DNA from: an uncultured delta proteobacterium
Lineage (GTDB): Bacteria > Desulfobacterota > Binatia > UBA9968
Reading direction: 5' to 3'
DNA: 64,000 nt
Assembly (NCBI GenBank): GCA_963760795.1
Contig: CAVXEP010000007.1
Span: forward strand, 96,001-160,000
The translations under genes and the position numbers were made by a program. Positions 61,249-64,000 of this stretch are shown piece by piece (the stretch's first letter is position 1; each line of letters opens with the position of its first letter). The notes beneath the pieces were generated by a model. It saw only the letters and a program-made list of their open reading frames with translations. It was not told the origin of the DNA and ran no database searches.

Positions 61249-61989
61249 GTGTTGGAAAACAAGGTAGTGGTGATTACCGGCAGCGGCCAGGGAATCGGCA
61301 AACATGCGGCGATGACCTTCGCCAAGGAAAAGGCGAAAGTGGTGATCGCCGACTTCAATGCCGACTTGGCGAAGAAGACGGCGACGGAGCTCGGTGCGCT
61401 GACCGAAACCTTGGCGATCCACGCCGACGTGCGCGAAGAAGAGAGCGTCAAGCAACTGATCGATCAAGTGATCGGCCGTTTCGGCCAGATCGATGTGATG
61501 ATGAACAACGCGGCGATTGTACCGCACTTCGCGTGGAACATCCCGCGCTGGCCGCTGATCGCCGACATGCCTTTGGAATTTTGGGATCGGGTAGTCAAAA
61601 CCAACCTTTACGGCACCTTTTTCGGCACCAAGCATGCGATCCCGCATATGGCCAAGCGCAAATCCGGCCATATTATCAATCTGTACGGCGGTGGCGGCGT
61701 CAAGCCGGGCGGCGCCGGCACCTATATGGTGACCAAGGACGGCATTCGCACGTTCTCGCGTTACGTCGCGGAGGAAGTGCGCGACGCGAATATTTGCGTC
61801 GTGACGTTTTCGCCGCGGGTGCCGATCGCCACCGAGACGGCGCCGGCGGAAGCGATTCAGCGATTGCCCGGTCCAGACGTACTGGGCATGGGATTCGTGC
61901 TCTGCGCGCAGTTGCCGATGGCGCAGAGCGGCAAATGCTTTGCCCATGAGAACGGCAAGCTGGTGGATGAAGCGGTGCGGGAAGGGTGA
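61249..61989 (+). CDS. Short-chain dehydrogenase/reductase (SDR)
   Basis: TGSGQGIG, NNAAI, YMVTK (YxxxK); GTG start after ggaggt. Confidence 0.9.
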   Translation: MLENKVVVITGSGQGIGKHAAMTFAKEKAKVVIADFNADLAKKTATELGALTETLAIHADVREEESVKQLIDQVIGRFGQIDVMMNNAAIVPHFAWNIPRWPLIADMPLEFWDRVVKTNLYGTFFGTKHAIPHMAKRKSGHIINLYGGGGVKPGGAGTYMVTKDGIRTFSRYVAEEVRDANICVVTFSPRVPIATETAPAEAIQRLPGPDVLGMGFVLCAQLPMAQSGKCFAHENGKLVDEAVREG

Positions 61990-61991
61990 AA

Positions 61992-62132
61992 CAGGCAATG
62001 GGCATTGGGCACTAGGCAATGTAGGGGCGGATAAGGGAGCGCGGGTTTTCCAACCCGCGATTAACCGCGGACAAGAATGTCCGCGCTCCAATGTCGCCCG
62101 TTCTGAGGGCCGACACGCAGGTCGGCCCCTAC
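61992..62132. repeat. 7-bp ggcaat repeat plus GTAGGGGC REP with nested ggagcgcgg/ccgcgctcc doublet
   Basis: gtaggggcgg...[ggagcgcgggttttccaacccgc ... gcggacaagaatgtccgcgctcc]...gagggccgacacgcaggtcggcccctac. Confidence 0.75.
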
Positions 62133-62179
62133 ACGCGTCCGAATTGGAAAAGGGGAAGCAAGAGTCGAGGGAAACCCCC

Positions 62180-63174
62180 ATGCGTAAGAAAATCACTCGG
62201 CGAGCTTTTTGCTCGATGCTCTTGGCTCTTCCCTTTCCAGCTCAGGCGCAGCAGGCAGGGAAAATCTTCCGCATCGGTTTCCTGGATGCAAGCACTGCTT
62301 CCGGTAGCGCGGTCCTCATGGAGGCGTTCCGCGCAAGAGCTGCGCAAGCTTGGCTGGATTGAGGGAAAGAATATCACCATCGAGTACCGGTTTGCCGAGC
62401 AAAAGCCTGAGCGCCTGCCTGAGCTTGCGGCGGACCTGGTTCGTCTTAAGGTTGATCTGATCGTGGTCACAGGGGCACCATCGGCGTTGGCGGCCAAGAG
62501 CGCCACCACTACGATCCCCATCGTGATGACGAACGCTGCGGATCCCGTGGGCTGCAGGTTTGGTTGCCAGTCTGGCGCGGCCGGGAGGCAATGTCACCGG
62601 TTTCTCGAGCTTAGTCAGATCGAGCTAAACACCAAACGGCTAGAGATACTCAAGGACGCGGTCCCCAAGCTCGCCCGAGTTGGACTTCTGCGGACGCCGG
62701 AACAACGGCGGACACCAAACCTCCAACTGAAAGATCTCAGGGCTGCGGCTGAGGCACTGAAGCTAAAATTGGAGGAGATCGAGACTCAAGTCGACGCCAA
62801 AGGTTTAGAGAGCGCCTTTCAAACCGCAAAGCAGAAGCAGGTCAAAGCGATTATGACGACCGACCACTCGCCAATTTTTCGCGGAACGAAAGCGGATCGT
62901 CGAGCTTGCCGTCAAATACCGCTTGCCGGCTATTTACTTCCAGAAGGAGTTTGTCGATGAGGGCGGTCTCATGTCCTACGGGACGGACTACGAAGACCTG
63001 TACCGCAAGGCCGCCCACTACGTCGACAAGATTCTCAAGGGAACGAATCCTGCCGATCTGCCTGTACAGCAGGCGACGAAGTTTGAATTTATCATCAACC
63101 TGAAGGCGGCAAAACAGATTGGTCATACGATTCCGATCGGATTGCTGGAGCGGGCGAATCAGGTGATCAAGTGA
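62180..63174 (+). CDS. ABC_sub_bind substrate-binding protein, frameshifted
   Basis: MRKKITRRAFCSMLLAL, GWIEGKNITIEYR, GGLMSYG, DKILKGTNPADLPVQQATKFE. Confidence 0.82.
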
Positions 63175-63237
63175 AAATAGGCACAGGTAATGCTAGCATC
63201 GTGTCCCGGAATTACGTCAACTAAAATGCTGATAACA

Positions 63238-63323
63238 TCCCCCTTTGAAAAAGGGGGACTGAGGGGGATTTGAAGTTTATGCGCTTGAGAAAATCCCCCC
63301 TTCCCCTCTTTTTCAAGGGGGGT
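63238..63323. repeat. Inverted pair of ccccctttgaaaaaggggg repeats
   Basis: tccccctttgaaaaagggggactgagggggattt ... aaatccccccttcccctctttttcaagggggg. Confidence 0.8.
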
Positions 63324-63342
63324 TAATCGACATAGGGAGTTA

Positions 63343-64000
63343 ATGATGAAAGTTATCGATGCGGATGCCCATGTGATCGAGAACGAGTCGACTTGGGATT
63401 ACATGCTGGAGTCGGAGAAGGCGTTCAAGCCGAAAATCGTCGGCGCGAGCAATGGCAAAGATGCGTTCGACTACTGGATGATCGACGGCCGGGTGATTCC
63501 GCGCAACAACGTCGGCCGCGATCTGCCGGTGGAGTCGCGGGAGATGAGCGATCTGAGCGCGCGGATCAAGCATATGGACGAGTTGGGCATCGACGTCCAG
63601 GTGATCTACCCGACGTTTTTCATCACGCCGGTGAGCCGGCGGCCGGACATCGATCTCGCCGTGTCGCGCAGCTACAACCGCTGGATGGCCGACATCGTCA
63701 AAAAGCAGCCGGATCGTTTTCGTTGGGTGCTGGTGCCGCCGCTGCAAAGCCAGGAACATCTGTCGGAGGAATTGAAGTTCGGCAAGGAGAACGGCGCCTG
63801 CGGCGTCTACATGCGCGGCTTGGAGTGCGAGCGCAGTCTCAGCGATCCTTACTTCTATTCATTGTACGAACAGGCGAGCGCGCTGGATCTGCCGATCTGT
63901 GTGCACTCGGCCAACGGCGCGTTTACCACCTACGATTTTTTCGCCGACGATCCGGGCTTTAGTAAGTTCAAGCTCGCCGTCATCGGCGCGTTTCATTCGC
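63343..64000 (+). CDS. Amidohydrolase_2 family protein (ACMSD/decarboxylase-like), truncated by window end
   Basis: Manual translation MMKVIDADAHVIE...HMDELGIDVQVIYPT...SYNRWMAD...DLPICVHS; absent from the ORF track because it has no stop in the window. Confidence 0.88.
   Translation, partial: MMKVIDADAHVIENESTWDYMLESEKAFKPKIVGASNGKDAFDYWMIDGRVIPRNNVGRDLPVESREMSDLSARIKHMDELGIDVQVIYPTFFITPVSRRPDIDLAVSRSYNRWMADIVKKQPDRFRWVLVPPLQSQEHLSEELKFGKENGACGVYMRGLECERSLSDPYFYSLYEQASALDLPICVHSANGAFTTYDFFADDPGFSKFKLAVIGAFHS

Overview
GC-rich bacterial window densely packed with transport and catabolic genes. The gene repertoire (many Bug/TctC, NitT/TauT and ABC_sub_bind receptors, a multi-GAF kinase, Rieske oxygenases, UbiD) and the intergenic repeats suggest a soil/sediment Candidatus Binatia-like genome; this is inference, not a marker-gene call. 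Many genes carry single-base frameshifts, concentrated in multicopy paralog families, most likely long-read consensus errors. Content: about 20 solute-binding proteins but only two complete ABC membrane systems; an aromatic cluster (Rieske oxygenase, PaaK-like ligase, hcrCAB-like reductase, DesZ-like and LigAB-like dioxygenases, ThDP enzyme); two near-identical MetE-core genes; an orphan GrdE-like subunit; more than ten families of intergenic palindromic or periodic repeats, some nested. Two observations stand out. (1) Two ORFs at 53965-55630 (-) are joined by an in-frame TGA in a U-S-T-C motif followed by an fdhF-like SECIS hairpin, giving a ~554-aa UGSC-type selenoprotein upstream of thioredoxin reductase. 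(2) A small GIY-YIG nuclease is bracketed by 27-bp inverted repeats of a family also found inserted inside other repeats. No rRNA, tRNA, CRISPR array or transposase was found.
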